A stretch of DNA of 64,000 nucleotides, taken from Synergistales bacterium. Lineage in GTDB: Bacteria; Synergistota; Synergistia; Synergistales; JAFGMB01. Of this stretch, positions 1 to 9,001 are shown one piece after another. The translations under genes and the position numbers were made by a program. The notes below the pieces were generated by a model. That model saw nothing but the letters and a program-made list of their open reading frames with translations. It was not told the DNA's origin and made no database searches. How positions within the stretch are numbered: position 1 is the stretch's first letter; each line of letters begins with the position of its first letter. The stretch is taken from NCBI GenBank assembly GCA_963666205.1, contig OY762654.1:640001-704000 (forward strand), written 5' to 3'.

Positions 1-830
1 ACTGTGTATATGTGTTTTTTAAGATCCTTCATGCCTTTGAGATCTCTAGAATATATGAAACTTCTTGGCCATCCCAGGCCACAGGCTGCAGAGAAAAGGG
101 TTATACAGGTCCCAAAATTGATCTTATAGCCCTTGAGGGGAACATGTTGATGTCCTCTCACAATAAAAGAGCACTCAACAAGCCTCAGGAAATCCTGGCA
201 TTCTCTATCATTAAAAGCCCTGGTCCCTCCACCCCTGTTCATATAATATTCATCATCGGGATCACTCCATAGAACATGCATGCCCCGGGTTTCTTTAAAA
301 CTAATATCCGAAATCTCTTTGAATGTTGTGGGAACAGGAAATGGAGGTCCTCCGTGAACCATAGCGATGGGAGGGATAACCGCAATGAGGGGAAGACTTT
401 CATACCACTCTATGATAAGACACGACAGGTTATCCATATTATGAAGATGAAGTTCCCATGCAAAACCATAATGAAGATTCATTCTCCAATCCTCATGATT
501 CCCGCGGAGAAAAAGAACCCTGCCTGGATTTTCCAACCGAAAAGAGATAAGTCTTGTCAGAAGTTCCAGACTATCGGGTCCTCTGTCAACATAGTCTCCA
601 AGGAAAAACCAGTTTATCTCTTCTCCCTTCAATTCCCGGTTCATTGCACAGACCCTGTTAATTATCTGTTCCAGACTCTCGATCTCTCCATGGAGATCAC
701 CAACAATTGCAACAGCTCCGTCAATTTCTCGTCGAACAAGAGATCCCTGTCGGCCTGCAAGTGTTCTGTTTAATGAAATGTCTTTTTGGAGGATTTCTTT
801 AAAATCGTTCATACAGGGCAGCATCCCCAT
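1..830 (-). CDS. PPP-family Ser/Thr protein phosphatase (metallophosphoesterase); 3' end runs off the window; not in the ORF track
   Basis: Manual translation from ATG 830 (or 812) gives GDLHG, GDYVDRG, LRGNHE, VHGG, LWSDP, IVRGHQ and ITLFSA motifs in the expected order. Confidence 0.9.
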   Translation of the reverse strand, partial: MGMLPCMNDFKEILQKDISLNRTLAGRQGSLVRREIDGAVAIVGDLHGEIESLEQIINRVCAMNRELKGEEINWFFLGDYVDRGPDSLELLTRLISFRLENPGRVLFLRGNHEDWRMNLHYGFAWELHLHNMDNLSCLIIEWYESLPLIAVIPPIAMVHGGPPFPVPTTFKEISDISFKETRGMHVLWSDPDDEYYMNRGGGTRAFNDRECQDFLRLVECSFIVRGHQHVPLKGYKINFGTCITLFSAACGLGWPRSFIYSRDLKGMKDLKKHIYT

Positions 831-902
831 TCCGGTATTCTTTCCCTGTGTGGCTCTGCTGGAGATAGAGATATCTGATTAGTGGTAAGTATGGAAGTCC
901 TC

Positions 903-1820
903 TTAATATGACCCTTTCAGGGTTCTGATAACACCTTCTGCCTGATGAAGAAATGTACGGGATTCATTTATCAGGTCTGCCATTTCAAAGGATAGATCCT
1001 TATTATCTACAGAACTGCCATACATATCGAGGACCCTGATCATGTAGAGACTGTAAGCACGGTAAAGGGATGAGCAGTTTACCACATCACGAAAGGCTGG
1101 ATTTTCGATTTCTCGAGGAAAGACCATATTATTCAGATCAACCATGGAATGGAACGAAGCATCTCTTGCTTTAACTGAAGCAAGGAAGATCCTGTCCGGG
1201 GGAACATCCTCTTCCAGCATCTGGCAAAAAAAAGTATTTGCCATAATGGCTGGATCCATTATGGACTTCATTTTCGCCAGAAGATCAAAAAGGACCCCTT
1301 TTTCCAATTGATTCTTCTGCCTCTTTTCATTGATAACCCGGGTTAAATCGAGATACTTACCCATATTGAATAAATAGTCGGTCCATAGTCTTTCTTTTGG
1401 CTGTCCGTCCACCAGGCCTACCAGGTATGAGTAAAGGCTTTTCAAGGCCTGGTTGGCATATTGACAGGCTTCCATGTAAGATGCTGTCTCTTCAGATTTC
1501 CCTGAAATCTGCAGTTGATCCAGAACCGATTCTGCAGTGGACAGGGCGCTCCTGCTTCTTACCAGGAGTTCACCCAGCTGCTCCGGGTGATTTTTTGTAT
1601 CTTTGAAATCAACATTCTTTTCGATGGCCACAAGTACCTGCTGAACAGCGCCATAAAGCTGTTTACAAGAAGCATCAAGATCAATAGAAACCAGAGACTT
1701 CAAGAGCAGGTCCCGGGACTCTTCCTTGGCTGATATGCAAAGAACCGGAGCTCCTGGACATAAAATCAGTACAAAAATTAACAAAAAAAGAAGTAAAGAT
1801 CTTTTAACTAAAAATAACAT
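903..1820 (-). CDS. Hypothetical exported protein, probably helical
   Basis: 305-aa ORF with N-terminal hydrophobic signal-like segment; no motif recognised. Confidence 0.7.
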   Translation of the reverse strand: MLFLVKRSLLLFLLIFVLILCPGAPVLCISAKEESRDLLLKSLVSIDLDASCKQLYGAVQQVLVAIEKNVDFKDTKNHPEQLGELLVRSRSALSTAESVLDQLQISGKSEETASYMEACQYANQALKSLYSYLVGLVDGQPKERLWTDYLFNMGKYLDLTRVINEKRQKNQLEKGVLFDLLAKMKSIMDPAIMANTFFCQMLEEDVPPDRIFLASVKARDASFHSMVDLNNMVFPREIENPAFRDVVNCSSLYRAYSLYMIRVLDMYGSSVDNKDLSFEMADLINESRTFLHQAEGVIRTLKGSY

Positions 1821-1911
1821 ATTTATTGCCTCTTTATTTAAGAATAAGTAAAAAGAATTAAAATACTTTTTAATGATATCACAACACCAGGCAGAAGCGA
1901 AAATGGCTCGG

Positions 1912-1952
1912 AGATGAAAAGATCCCCCGGATTTCGGGGGATCTTTTCATCT
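1912..1952. terminator. Intrinsic terminator after the pilus operon
   Basis: Inverted repeat agatgaaaagatcccccg / cgggggatcttttcatct. Confidence 0.8.
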
Positions 1953-1977
1953 AACCTTTTGGTCATAAGTAATGATG

Positions 1978-2322
1978 TCACATATTAACCGGTCTTACTT
2001 CCAGTGCTATGTTATTTTGATCCAGCCATATCCCTATCCCTCTATTTTTAAATGATTCCAGGAATTTGACTGCTGATATCCTATTTCCCTCAAAATCATA
2101 AAAATTAGTGTAGCCATTCTGCCAGAGAATAGATTCTTTCTTTACATCAATTGTTATTGAATACGGCTTTGTCCCCATTTCTTTCAGAACTCCCCATAGG
2201 GGTTCCTTAAGCTCTATTTTAGGTTCAACTTCACGAATATTTTTTTTCGCTGCCAATGCATATCCTGTGAAAAAAGATACGATCAAACATGCGAGGCAAA
2301 CAATTAGCATTATTTTTTTCAT
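1978..2322 (-). CDS. Small exported protein translationally coupled to PilY1
   Basis: MKKIMLIVCLACL...ALA signal peptide; ATG overlaps the PilY1 TGA (ATGA). Confidence 0.75.
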   Translation of the reverse strand: MKKIMLIVCLACLIVSFFTGYALAAKKNIREVEPKIELKEPLWGVLKEMGTKPYSITIDVKKESILWQNGYTNFYDFEGNRISAVKFLESFKNRGIGIWLDQNNIALEVRPVNM

Positions 2323-5300
2323 GGTTTCCACTCCCTCCAGTATCTTGAACGCATCTGACCGCTTGCAATCGGAAAGGACGAACTCGCAACAGGATCGGGA
2401 ACATCAAAGGTCAGGACGTTACCCTGCTGAGAAGCGTTGAGAGAATCGAGTTCATCAGGAAGAGAATTTTCAGAAGTACCTCCTGAATAATCGGTAACAC
2501 CAACAAAGACCCTATCATCATTCAGGGTTATTCCACTTATTTTATAACCTTCAAATTCAATGTAGCGGTTACTCCCTGAACCCCATCCAGAAGCTCCAGT
2601 TCCAGCTTTAACAATATATAATCGGCTCGTACCAACCTGGCACGGGTCTACATTATTTTTAAAGGTGGAAAAGAAAACATATCCATTGTAGACAAGGGGC
2701 GGTGTCGTAGCCAATTCTTCCTCATCCGTCGGGAATTCAAGGTACCAGCCATCAGGGTCTGAGTTGACCTCATCATCTACTAGTTTGTTAAGATCATCAA
2801 AGGTTATCGGGAAATTGTTCGTACCCTCAACATTAAAGGCAATAAAATAATTAGTATCAGCATTTGCAACAAGAGGATCATTATCTCCCGTTATTACAAA
2901 GACCCAGAGATCACCATTAAGCTCTGCTATATCCATCCTGTAGGAGGAACCAACAGAGGCATTCATATCGAAAACTTCTGTACCAGCCCAATCATTACCC
3001 ACATTCCAGAGATAAACATGACCGTCATTATCCCCCACAAGGAACGTTTCGATAATCTGGGCACTGCTTGTATTCAGCACTGTTACAGGAGTTACTACCT
3101 CTTTCATCCCCGATTTTGTAAGGGTCCTTATTATCTCACCGTTTTCGATATCTATAACATATACTGCTCCATCTGGGGAATCTCCAACGATCTGACGAGA
3201 ACTACCATTGCCCATAACAGCTACCCAGTGATTGGTTCCACTTAGTTTCATGGAACCAATGGCCGGAACACTCAATGTAAACCGTAATTGCCGGTAATCA
3301 AGATCTGAAGGTATTGTACTGTCGTGATCATAGTTTATCCTTGTAATATGATCTCCCGATTCAACCCAGTAAGAAACAGTGTGGTACTCATCTCCGCCAG
3401 GGATAATATCCAAATCATCCGGGGTATAGATTGCGTTTTCAACGGCCCAGAGAAAATCAGGTTCATCTGGATCGGTAATATCAATTGCATACATTCCTGC
3501 ACCTGAATAACCCAGCAGATTCAACAATACGGTTCTCCAGGACCCTCCAAGATATACATCCTCTGCAACGAGAGGCCCATCGAGAAGGAAGCGGGGGATG
3601 GAAACTCGTTCATTGTCCTCCTTAACTCTGAAAACCCAGTCATGTGCGGCTTGTTTATATACATAGTAGCCTCTGAGACCCATGAGCCGCCCACAGCCAA
3701 GGACATTCGGAGGAATAAAAGCCCATCTCTCCTTTCCACCAACCGATTCACCCGCTGTTTCGGAGTTGAAGGCATGAAGCATTCCATCATTAGCCTGTAT
3801 ATAAACAATTTTGGCCCTGTCAAGATTATTCTGCATGAAAGCCCGATACTCTGAGTGTGGGTTAGATCCCAAGGGGGGGCCAACTTCAGTAATACCACTG
3901 TGGTAAATATCGCCCAGTTTCCATCTTTCATCTCCGACATTTTCATCCCATTCGTCACTTCCAAGAACCCACCTGACAAATTTCCTTGTGGCACCAGTCC
4001 CGGGTGCTTCACTCCCATCGTTAGCCGCCGTAGGTCCATAGGTTCTTAGATCAGGGTTCCAGAATACTTCACTCCTCAGGTTAAGAGCCTCGTCATTATT
4101 GAAAGAAGCAAAATTACTTCCCGTGATCGGCATATCCGCATAAGGAGATTGCCAATCGACGGTATAAACAGTGCGGTCATCATAATTGATGGCATTAAGT
4201 TGATCTCCAGCACTCCAATCAGCGGAATCAGGTATGATATCGCCACTTAGAGTGTATTTGAGCAGGTCACCTTCCCACTGTCGTTCTTCCTTTGGAACAT
4301 AGGTCGAAACAAATACTGCACCACTTTCACCCTCCAGCCTTGCAGGGCTAACAAGAGGAGCACCTCCAGTGCCAGACCTGACCTGGATAATACTGAAGAT
4401 CTCCCTGAAAGAACTTAGAAGAGTTTCTACATCTGTCGGGAAATAAGCGGTAGCGGAATCGTTATCGATTCCGTCATCTCCCCAATCCGCCATCTGGTTA
4501 AGGTCATCCACCAGGCCTACAAAGTCATCGTCATCTGGAGCTATCAGACCGATAACAAATGTACGGACAGGTTGAGCCTGTTCTCCAAAATCATCCGTCC
4601 AGCTTGAATTCTCAGCGTAATCGTAAAGGTCTTTAACAGCCTGAACGGGATCGCCTCCCCCAGTTTCCTGGCCATCCGTTAATACAATAAGCCAGTTTTC
4701 CTGACACCAGTTCGTGATGGCGCCCTGGCTACTGTGGAAGAAAAAGTCCTTTGCGGAATCAAAATCCGAAGTACTGGAATCGTAAATGGAATATCCTAGA
4801 GGAGTATGGCCGTTGGCGCGAAGCTCTTCATTGGTATTGGATTCATAACCATCGATCCAGGATTTAAGCTCATCCATGTGTTCCACATCATCAGTACTAC
4901 CAAAAGGAACTCTAAGACTTGCCTTACTGCCACTATAGGTACTGTACTCCCAACTGATATTCTCATATCCTCCTCCGTAGTAGTACCAGTCACTCGTATT
5001 CCACTGGGAATATTGATAGTAGGTAGCCATACCAAGGTTTAATCCCGCTGTCATCACAGGATCTTCAAGAATTTCCCAAAGCACCAGTTTAAGCTGGTAC
5101 ATCCTGCTATCATTTGGATAAAGATAACCAGAAATTGAATCTCCTCCCAAATAAGCTCTATCATAGAAGGGAAGTTCCTCATCTGGTATATATGTCAATT
5201 GGGAATGATAGTTATAGGCCACATCAGGATCATTATTCGAGGAATCAACATCTCGACCATAGTAATACTGATTCGAATAGGGACGGCTTCCATCTCCATA

Positions 5301-5543
5301 GGTGGAGGATTGGGAATAGGTCCGATAGGTCATGGACCCACTTGTATCCAGAAGCATAAGGACATTGGGCTGCAGCATCCTGCCAAAACCCAAAGGGGTC
5401 GTTTTGGAAAGAGGTGCCAGAATCGAGTCTTCATCATATGCCAAAGAAAGAGAACTTGAGCAAAGGGTCAGAATTGCAATCATTCCCATAGCAAATAACA
5501 TTTTTGCTTTCGGGGAAAGGAGCCTGTTACATAAGGTTTTCAT
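2319..5543 (-). CDS. pilY1: PilY1/PilC-family type IV pilus tip adhesin with N-terminal vWA domain
   Basis: Signal peptide; MIDAS-type LLDTSGSM..TPL..LTDG; LGDIYHS, ANDGMLHAF, ERWAFIP, DG and GWY propeller motifs; follows three minor pilins. Confidence 0.9.
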   Translation of the reverse strand: MKTLCNRLLSPKAKMLFAMGMIAILTLCSSSLSLAYDEDSILAPLSKTTPLGFGRMLQPNVLMLLDTSGSMTYRTYSQSSTYGDGSRPYSNQYYYGRDVDSSNNDPDVAYNYHSQLTYIPDEELPFYDRAYLGGDSISGYLYPNDSRMYQLKLVLWEILEDPVMTAGLNLGMATYYQYSQWNTSDWYYYGGGYENISWEYSTYSGSKASLRVPFGSTDDVEHMDELKSWIDGYESNTNEELRANGHTPLGYSIYDSSTSDFDSAKDFFFHSSQGAITNWCQENWLIVLTDGQETGGGDPVQAVKDLYDYAENSSWTDDFGEQAQPVRTFVIGLIAPDDDDFVGLVDDLNQMADWGDDGIDNDSATAYFPTDVETLLSSFREIFSIIQVRSGTGGAPLVSPARLEGESGAVFVSTYVPKEERQWEGDLLKYTLSGDIIPDSADWSAGDQLNAINYDDRTVYTVDWQSPYADMPITGSNFASFNNDEALNLRSEVFWNPDLRTYGPTAANDGSEAPGTGATRKFVRWVLGSDEWDENVGDERWKLGDIYHSGITEVGPPLGSNPHSEYRAFMQNNLDRAKIVYIQANDGMLHAFNSETAGESVGGKERWAFIPPNVLGCGRLMGLRGYYVYKQAAHDWVFRVKEDNERVSIPRFLLDGPLVAEDVYLGGSWRTVLLNLLGYSGAGMYAIDITDPDEPDFLWAVENAIYTPDDLDIIPGGDEYHTVSYWVESGDHITRINYDHDSTIPSDLDYRQLRFTLSVPAIGSMKLSGTNHWVAVMGNGSSRQIVGDSPDGAVYVIDIENGEIIRTLTKSGMKEVVTPVTVLNTSSAQIIETFLVGDNDGHVYLWNVGNDWAGTEVFDMNASVGSSYRMDIAELNGDLWVFVITGDNDPLVANADTNYFIAFNVEGTNNFPITFDDLNKLVDDEVNSDPDGWYLEFPTDEEELATTPPLVYNGYVFFSTFKNNVDPCQVGTSRLYIVKAGTGASGWGSGSNRYIEFEGYKISGITLNDDRVFVGVTDYSGGTSENSLPDELDSLNASQQGNVLTFDVPDPVASSSFPIASGQMRSRYWREWKP

Positions 5544-5574
5544 AAAATATCACTCCCTTTTATTATCCTGTAAA

Positions 5575-6204
5575 TCACAACCTGGCTACCATAGATTGTT
5601 CTACGATCTCCCTTTTATCTTCAAATGTAGCAGTACTCCTGATCAGGTAGAAACCGAGGGAAATACTTCCCCCTCCGCCTACGCTACCTTCACCTCTATT
5701 TGCTCCCGCATAGGAAGAACCCTGATGCAGTGACATTGCGACTTCGTAAGTATAATCCAGGCGTGGAGGAAACCCTGCTATATAGTCGTCACTTTCTATA
5801 TCCAGACCAATTCTCCAGTCCATATCATAGATATCCACAGTCACCGCAACCTGACCTATGGAATAATTTATATTGGGCAGGTTCCCATCAATATCCCTAA
5901 CCTTGAGTACATCGTAATTGCCACCAGATAAATTGTCCCTGTTAAGCTCACCAAAGGGATTATCTGCCTCCCAGCGAGGTAGTTGTCCATCAGCAGACAT
6001 TGTACCTCTTATCCATATCTTACCCTTTTCAAGCCCGTCAACAGCAGCATTATAAAGCTCGACCTTCTCCACAACGTTCGTTGAAGATGCAACCAGATTA
6101 TTAACAATATTATAGGTAACAGAAACAAGAACTCCTCCCAATACCAGGATAACAAGAACCATTGGAAGAGCAAAACCACCCGCATTTTTAAAATGTTTTC
6201 GCAT
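5575..6204 (-). CDS. pilX: PilX-like minor pilin
   Basis: G|FALPMV prepilin site lacking Glu5, hydrophobic helix, C-terminal YLIRSTA; ATG overlaps upstream stop (TGATG). Confidence 0.8.
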   Translation of the reverse strand: MRKHFKNAGGFALPMVLVILVLGGVLVSVTYNIVNNLVASSTNVVEKVELYNAAVDGLEKGKIWIRGTMSADGQLPRWEADNPFGELNRDNLSGGNYDVLKVRDIDGNLPNINYSIGQVAVTVDIYDMDWRIGLDIESDDYIAGFPPRLDYTYEVAMSLHQGSSYAGANRGEGSVGGGGSISLGFYLIRSTATFEDKREIVEQSMVARL

Positions 6205-7106
6205 CAGTTCCTCACCCTCCAACTGCTTCTGACTACGGTCAAGCGATAATGTCTGGCTTCTTCAGGTAAAGCCCCAAGATCAGCTTCTGGCCAATCATCG
6301 ATCTGGGCAGGAGTAACAAGATCATCACTTCTCTGGTTGCCCCGTGCAAGAACATATGCCGTAAGAACACCGGGGCTACTGGTATCAAAATGAATTGAAT
6401 ATATGCCTTCCACACTGCCAAGCAGTTCTCCTCTGGTAAGATCTTCCATCTCAAATCGGCTCCCGTTAACCCTTGCTCGGGCGGCCCTCACAAGGTGCAT
6501 TTCGTCAAAGAACTGAACAGTACCTCTCTCATGAGGTTCTATTTCAATGGAAGATGATCCAAGATCTGTAACCTTACAGGGAGTTGCTCCGGCCGGGAAA
6601 ACCACCCAGGCCTCTGTCGTAATGGGCGGATCATCATCCACAATATCAAGGGTACCCGGGTCTCCTGTAAGGTCTATTGTACTTTTGACATTCGGCCGAA
6701 GTTCTAACTCCCCAACCGCGGCCAGTCCGGAGGGTACCGAATAAACAACATCAAGGACCTGATCGGAACTGCTTATTCGAAGGGCAGAACCAATATTATC
6801 AACTGTGGGTATTTCGTTGAAAACAGTTCCAAAATCTGAAGAGGTATTTGGAATTCCCAGGCTCGCAGCCAGAACGGGGCCGTTCAATATCGTGAATACC
6901 ATTTCTCCCCTCTGGCGTGCTGCTGTAAGATCAGTATCAAGCTCATAATGACTGAGAAAGGCAGAGAACAACCCAATTACGGAACCCATTATGATAAGAC
7001 CGACCACAATGACGATAAGGATCTCCACAAGAGTAAAACCATCCTTGCGCAGTCCCTTGTAATCCTTCATCTTGATAACAGAAGATTGCCTAAAGTAGGA
7101 ATTCAT
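6204..7106 (-). CDS. pilW: PilW-like minor pilin
   Basis: G|FTLVE type IV prepilin cleavage/methylation motif; ends in RN. Confidence 0.8.
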   Translation of the reverse strand: MNSYFRQSSVIKMKDYKGLRKDGFTLVEILIVIVVGLIIMGSVIGLFSAFLSHYELDTDLTAARQRGEMVFTILNGPVLAASLGIPNTSSDFGTVFNEIPTVDNIGSALRISSSDQVLDVVYSVPSGLAAVGELELRPNVKSTIDLTGDPGTLDIVDDDPPITTEAWVVFPAGATPCKVTDLGSSSIEIEPHERGTVQFFDEMHLVRAARARVNGSRFEMEDLTRGELLGSVEGIYSIHFDTSSPGVLTAYVLARGNQRSDDLVTPAQIDDWPEADLGALPEEARHYRLTVVRSSWRVRN

Positions 7107-7115
7107 AGCCTCACC

Positions 7116-7484
7116 TCAATCTAAGACTTCATTGTCCGCAAACTCGCTTATTTCCCTCTGAATGGTAAAGCTAGAATTATCACGCAACACACCATCCCAG
7201 GTAACGATCATAGTAACATTCTTTGAATGGGAATCTTCAGACACAGCCCACGACCTGGTATAAATGCCTGCCTGATCACTCGAAGTAACTATGGTGTCAT
7301 AATCTCCTGCTTCAAGAACATCCAGCCGTTCCGACCCAAGCATTACGGCTTTCTCCTTCTCATAGGTATGTACCATCAGTTGCGAAGAAACTATAAAAGT
7401 TGAAGCAATCGCAAAAAGTGCAATGACAAGCAGGACCAGAGCAATCAATACTTCTACAAGACCGAAACCAGCTTTCCTCTTCAT
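7116..7484 (-). CDS. pilV: PilV-like minor pilin
   Basis: G|FGLVEVL prepilin motif, 122 aa, first gene of the cluster. Confidence 0.8.
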   Translation of the reverse strand: MKRKAGFGLVEVLIALVLLVIALFAIASTFIVSSQLMVHTYEKEKAVMLGSERLDVLEAGDYDTIVTSSDQAGIYTRSWAVSEDSHSKNVTMIVTWDGVLRDNSSFTIQREISEFADNEVLD

Positions 7485-7791
7485 GGTACAACTCTCCCGA
7501 TCATGACAAGACCTCTTTTCTTAGGAGCATACTGAACCTATCCTGATGGAAACGCTTAAGAACACCCTTTCCTAATCTCCAATTACTACACAAGAATATA
7601 ACTATGTATTTAGTATATCTTAACTTTAAAGCAACTTCTAGTTCCAACATACTATAGCTAATGGGCCAGATAGCACAATTGATATGGGCCTTATGGTGGG
7701 TTATTACATTTACAAGATAAATCCTGCTGATGTTCGGCATGATACAATACATCTTCAGTGTAACTAAAAGGAACATCAGGGAGGAGATTCA

Positions 7792-7986
7792 TTGTCTGGA
7801 ACGGAAAAAGTTAATCTAAGACCTGGTTTAAAAGTGAAAATAGTACAGAAACAGGACCAGAGATCAGGAAAACTGACTGAAGGCATTGTAAAGGATCTGC
7901 TCACAAAAAGCTCTCATCATCCACATGGGATCAAAGTGCGTCTGAATAACGGAATAGTAGGAAGGGTTAAGGAAATACTTGGATAG
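7792..7986 (+). CDS. YwbE-family small protein
   Basis: KQDQRSGKLTEGIVKDLLT..HPHGIKVRL..G.VGRV signature; GGAGG RBS. Confidence 0.85.
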   Translation: MSGTEKVNLRPGLKVKIVQKQDQRSGKLTEGIVKDLLTKSSHHPHGIKVRLNNGIVGRVKEILG

Positions 7987-8103
7987 AAATGTAATCAGGG
8001 TACCCATTAACTATCTCACAAGGGATAACCAGGTTCGAGTCATGTCTGATTGAATATAATATAAAAAAAGACGATCAGGAAATCTGACCGTCTTGTCATA
8101 TTC

Positions 8104-8154
8104 TGGCTCCTCGGGCAGGACTCGAATCCGCCAGCTGGCGGATTAACAGCCACC
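8104..8154 (-). pseudogene. Partial tRNA-Asn copy (anticodon arm to CCA) with a palindrome replacing its middle
   Basis: GGTGGCTGTTAA-[TCCGCCAGCTGGCGGA]-TTCGAGTCCTGCCCGAGGAGCCA compared with the intact gene at 8363-8438. Confidence 0.85.
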
Positions 8155-8262
8155 TACTTCCAGTATAGATTTACGGATAGACTCCCGACCTCGGAATGTC
8201 TTAAGCTGTATTTCCCTTTTCATAGCCTCTGAACGAGTAGGATATTCCTCCTGATACTCCAA
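8143..8262 (-). pseudogene. C-terminal fragment of a small GIY-YIG (UPF0213/YazA-like) nuclease
   Basis: Manual translation LEYQEEYPTRSEAMKREIQLKTFRGRESIRKSILEVGGC* resembles the family C-terminal LxYxExxxxRSEAxKRExxLKxxxGR pattern; N-terminus absent. Confidence 0.7.
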
Positions 8263-8362
8263 AGACAGCAGTTGGAGTATCCCATGAGCAGGTTCGAGTC
8301 ATGTCTGATTGAATATAATATAAAAAAAGACGATCAGGAAATCTGACCGTCTTGTCATATTC

Positions 8363-8438
8363 TGGCTCCTCGGGCAGGACTCGAACCTGCGACCTAGTGG
8401 TTAACAGCCACCCGCTCTGCCAATTGAGCTACCGAGGA
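8363..8438 (-). tRNA. tRNA-Asn(GTT)
   Basis: Cloverleaf, anticodon GTT, encoded CCA. Confidence 0.97.
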
Positions 8439-8465
8439 ATATTGAAACATATTGTATATATTTAG

Positions 8466-8539
8466 TGGAGGCGGCACCCGGATTCGAACCGGGGATAAAG
8501 GATTTGCAGTCCTCTGCCTTACCACTTGGCTATGCCGCC
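8466..8539 (-). tRNA. tRNA-Cys(GCA)
   Basis: Cloverleaf, anticodon GCA, CCA. Confidence 0.97.
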
Positions 8540-8556
8540 AACAAATTTTCAGGTAA

Positions 8557-8631
8557 TGGAGCGGAAAACGGGATTCGAACCCGCGACCCCAACCTTGGCA
8601 AGGTTGTGCTCTACCGCTGAGCTATTTCCGC
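8557..8631 (-). tRNA. tRNA-Gly(GCC)
   Basis: Cloverleaf, anticodon GCC, CCA. Confidence 0.97.
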
Positions 8632-8653
8632 CCGTCATTTATCGTTATCAAAA

Positions 8654-8729
<76 letters not shown>

Positions 8730-8750
8730 TCAGTGATAAGGACAAATAAA

Positions 8751-8827
8751 TGGCGGGGCTGACGAGACTCGAACTCGCGACCTCCGGCGTGACAGGCCGG
8801 CGCTCTAACCGACTGAGCTACAACCCC
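8751..8827 (-). tRNA. tRNA-Asp(GTC)
   Basis: Cloverleaf, anticodon GTC, CCA. Confidence 0.97.
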
Positions 8828-8863
8828 GCATTGCAAAGATTATCAATGTCCTGCTTTAAACAA

Positions 8864-8938
8864 TGGTGGGCGGAACAGGGTTCGAACCTGTGACCCCCTG
8901 CGTGTAAGGCAGGTGTTCTTCCGCTGAACTATCCGCCC
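8864..8938 (-). tRNA. tRNA-Val(TAC)
   Basis: Cloverleaf, anticodon TAC, CCA. Confidence 0.97.
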
Positions 8939-8972
8939 TTATGCCCGCCATTACTGCCTTGACGCGAAGGAT

Positions 8973-9001
8973 AGTATAACTAGGACTGCCTTTTATGTCA
9001 A
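8973..9001 (-). promoter_or_regulatory. Sigma70-type promoter of the tRNA operon
   Basis: TTGACA-17 bp-TATACT just upstream of tRNA-Val. Confidence 0.8.

Larger units (their letters stand above)
8030..8385. repeat. 97-bp exact direct repeat (8030-8126 and 8289-8385) including the tRNA-Asn 3' end and downstream sequence
   Basis: caggttcgagtcatgtctgatt...tggctcctcgggcaggactcgaa occurs twice, 259 bp apart. Confidence 0.95.

Noticed and set aside
12-773. Plus-strand ORFs 12-272 and 276-773
   Set aside because: Antisense shadows of the minus-strand PPP phosphatase
7501-7776. 91-aa minus-strand ORF, or a riboswitch, upstream of pilV
   Set aside because: AT-rich divergent promoter region; no prepilin motif and no aptamer consensus seen
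8030-8385. CRISPR array or classical prophage att pair
   Set aside because: Only two long copies, no spacer periodicity, no cas or integrase gene nearby
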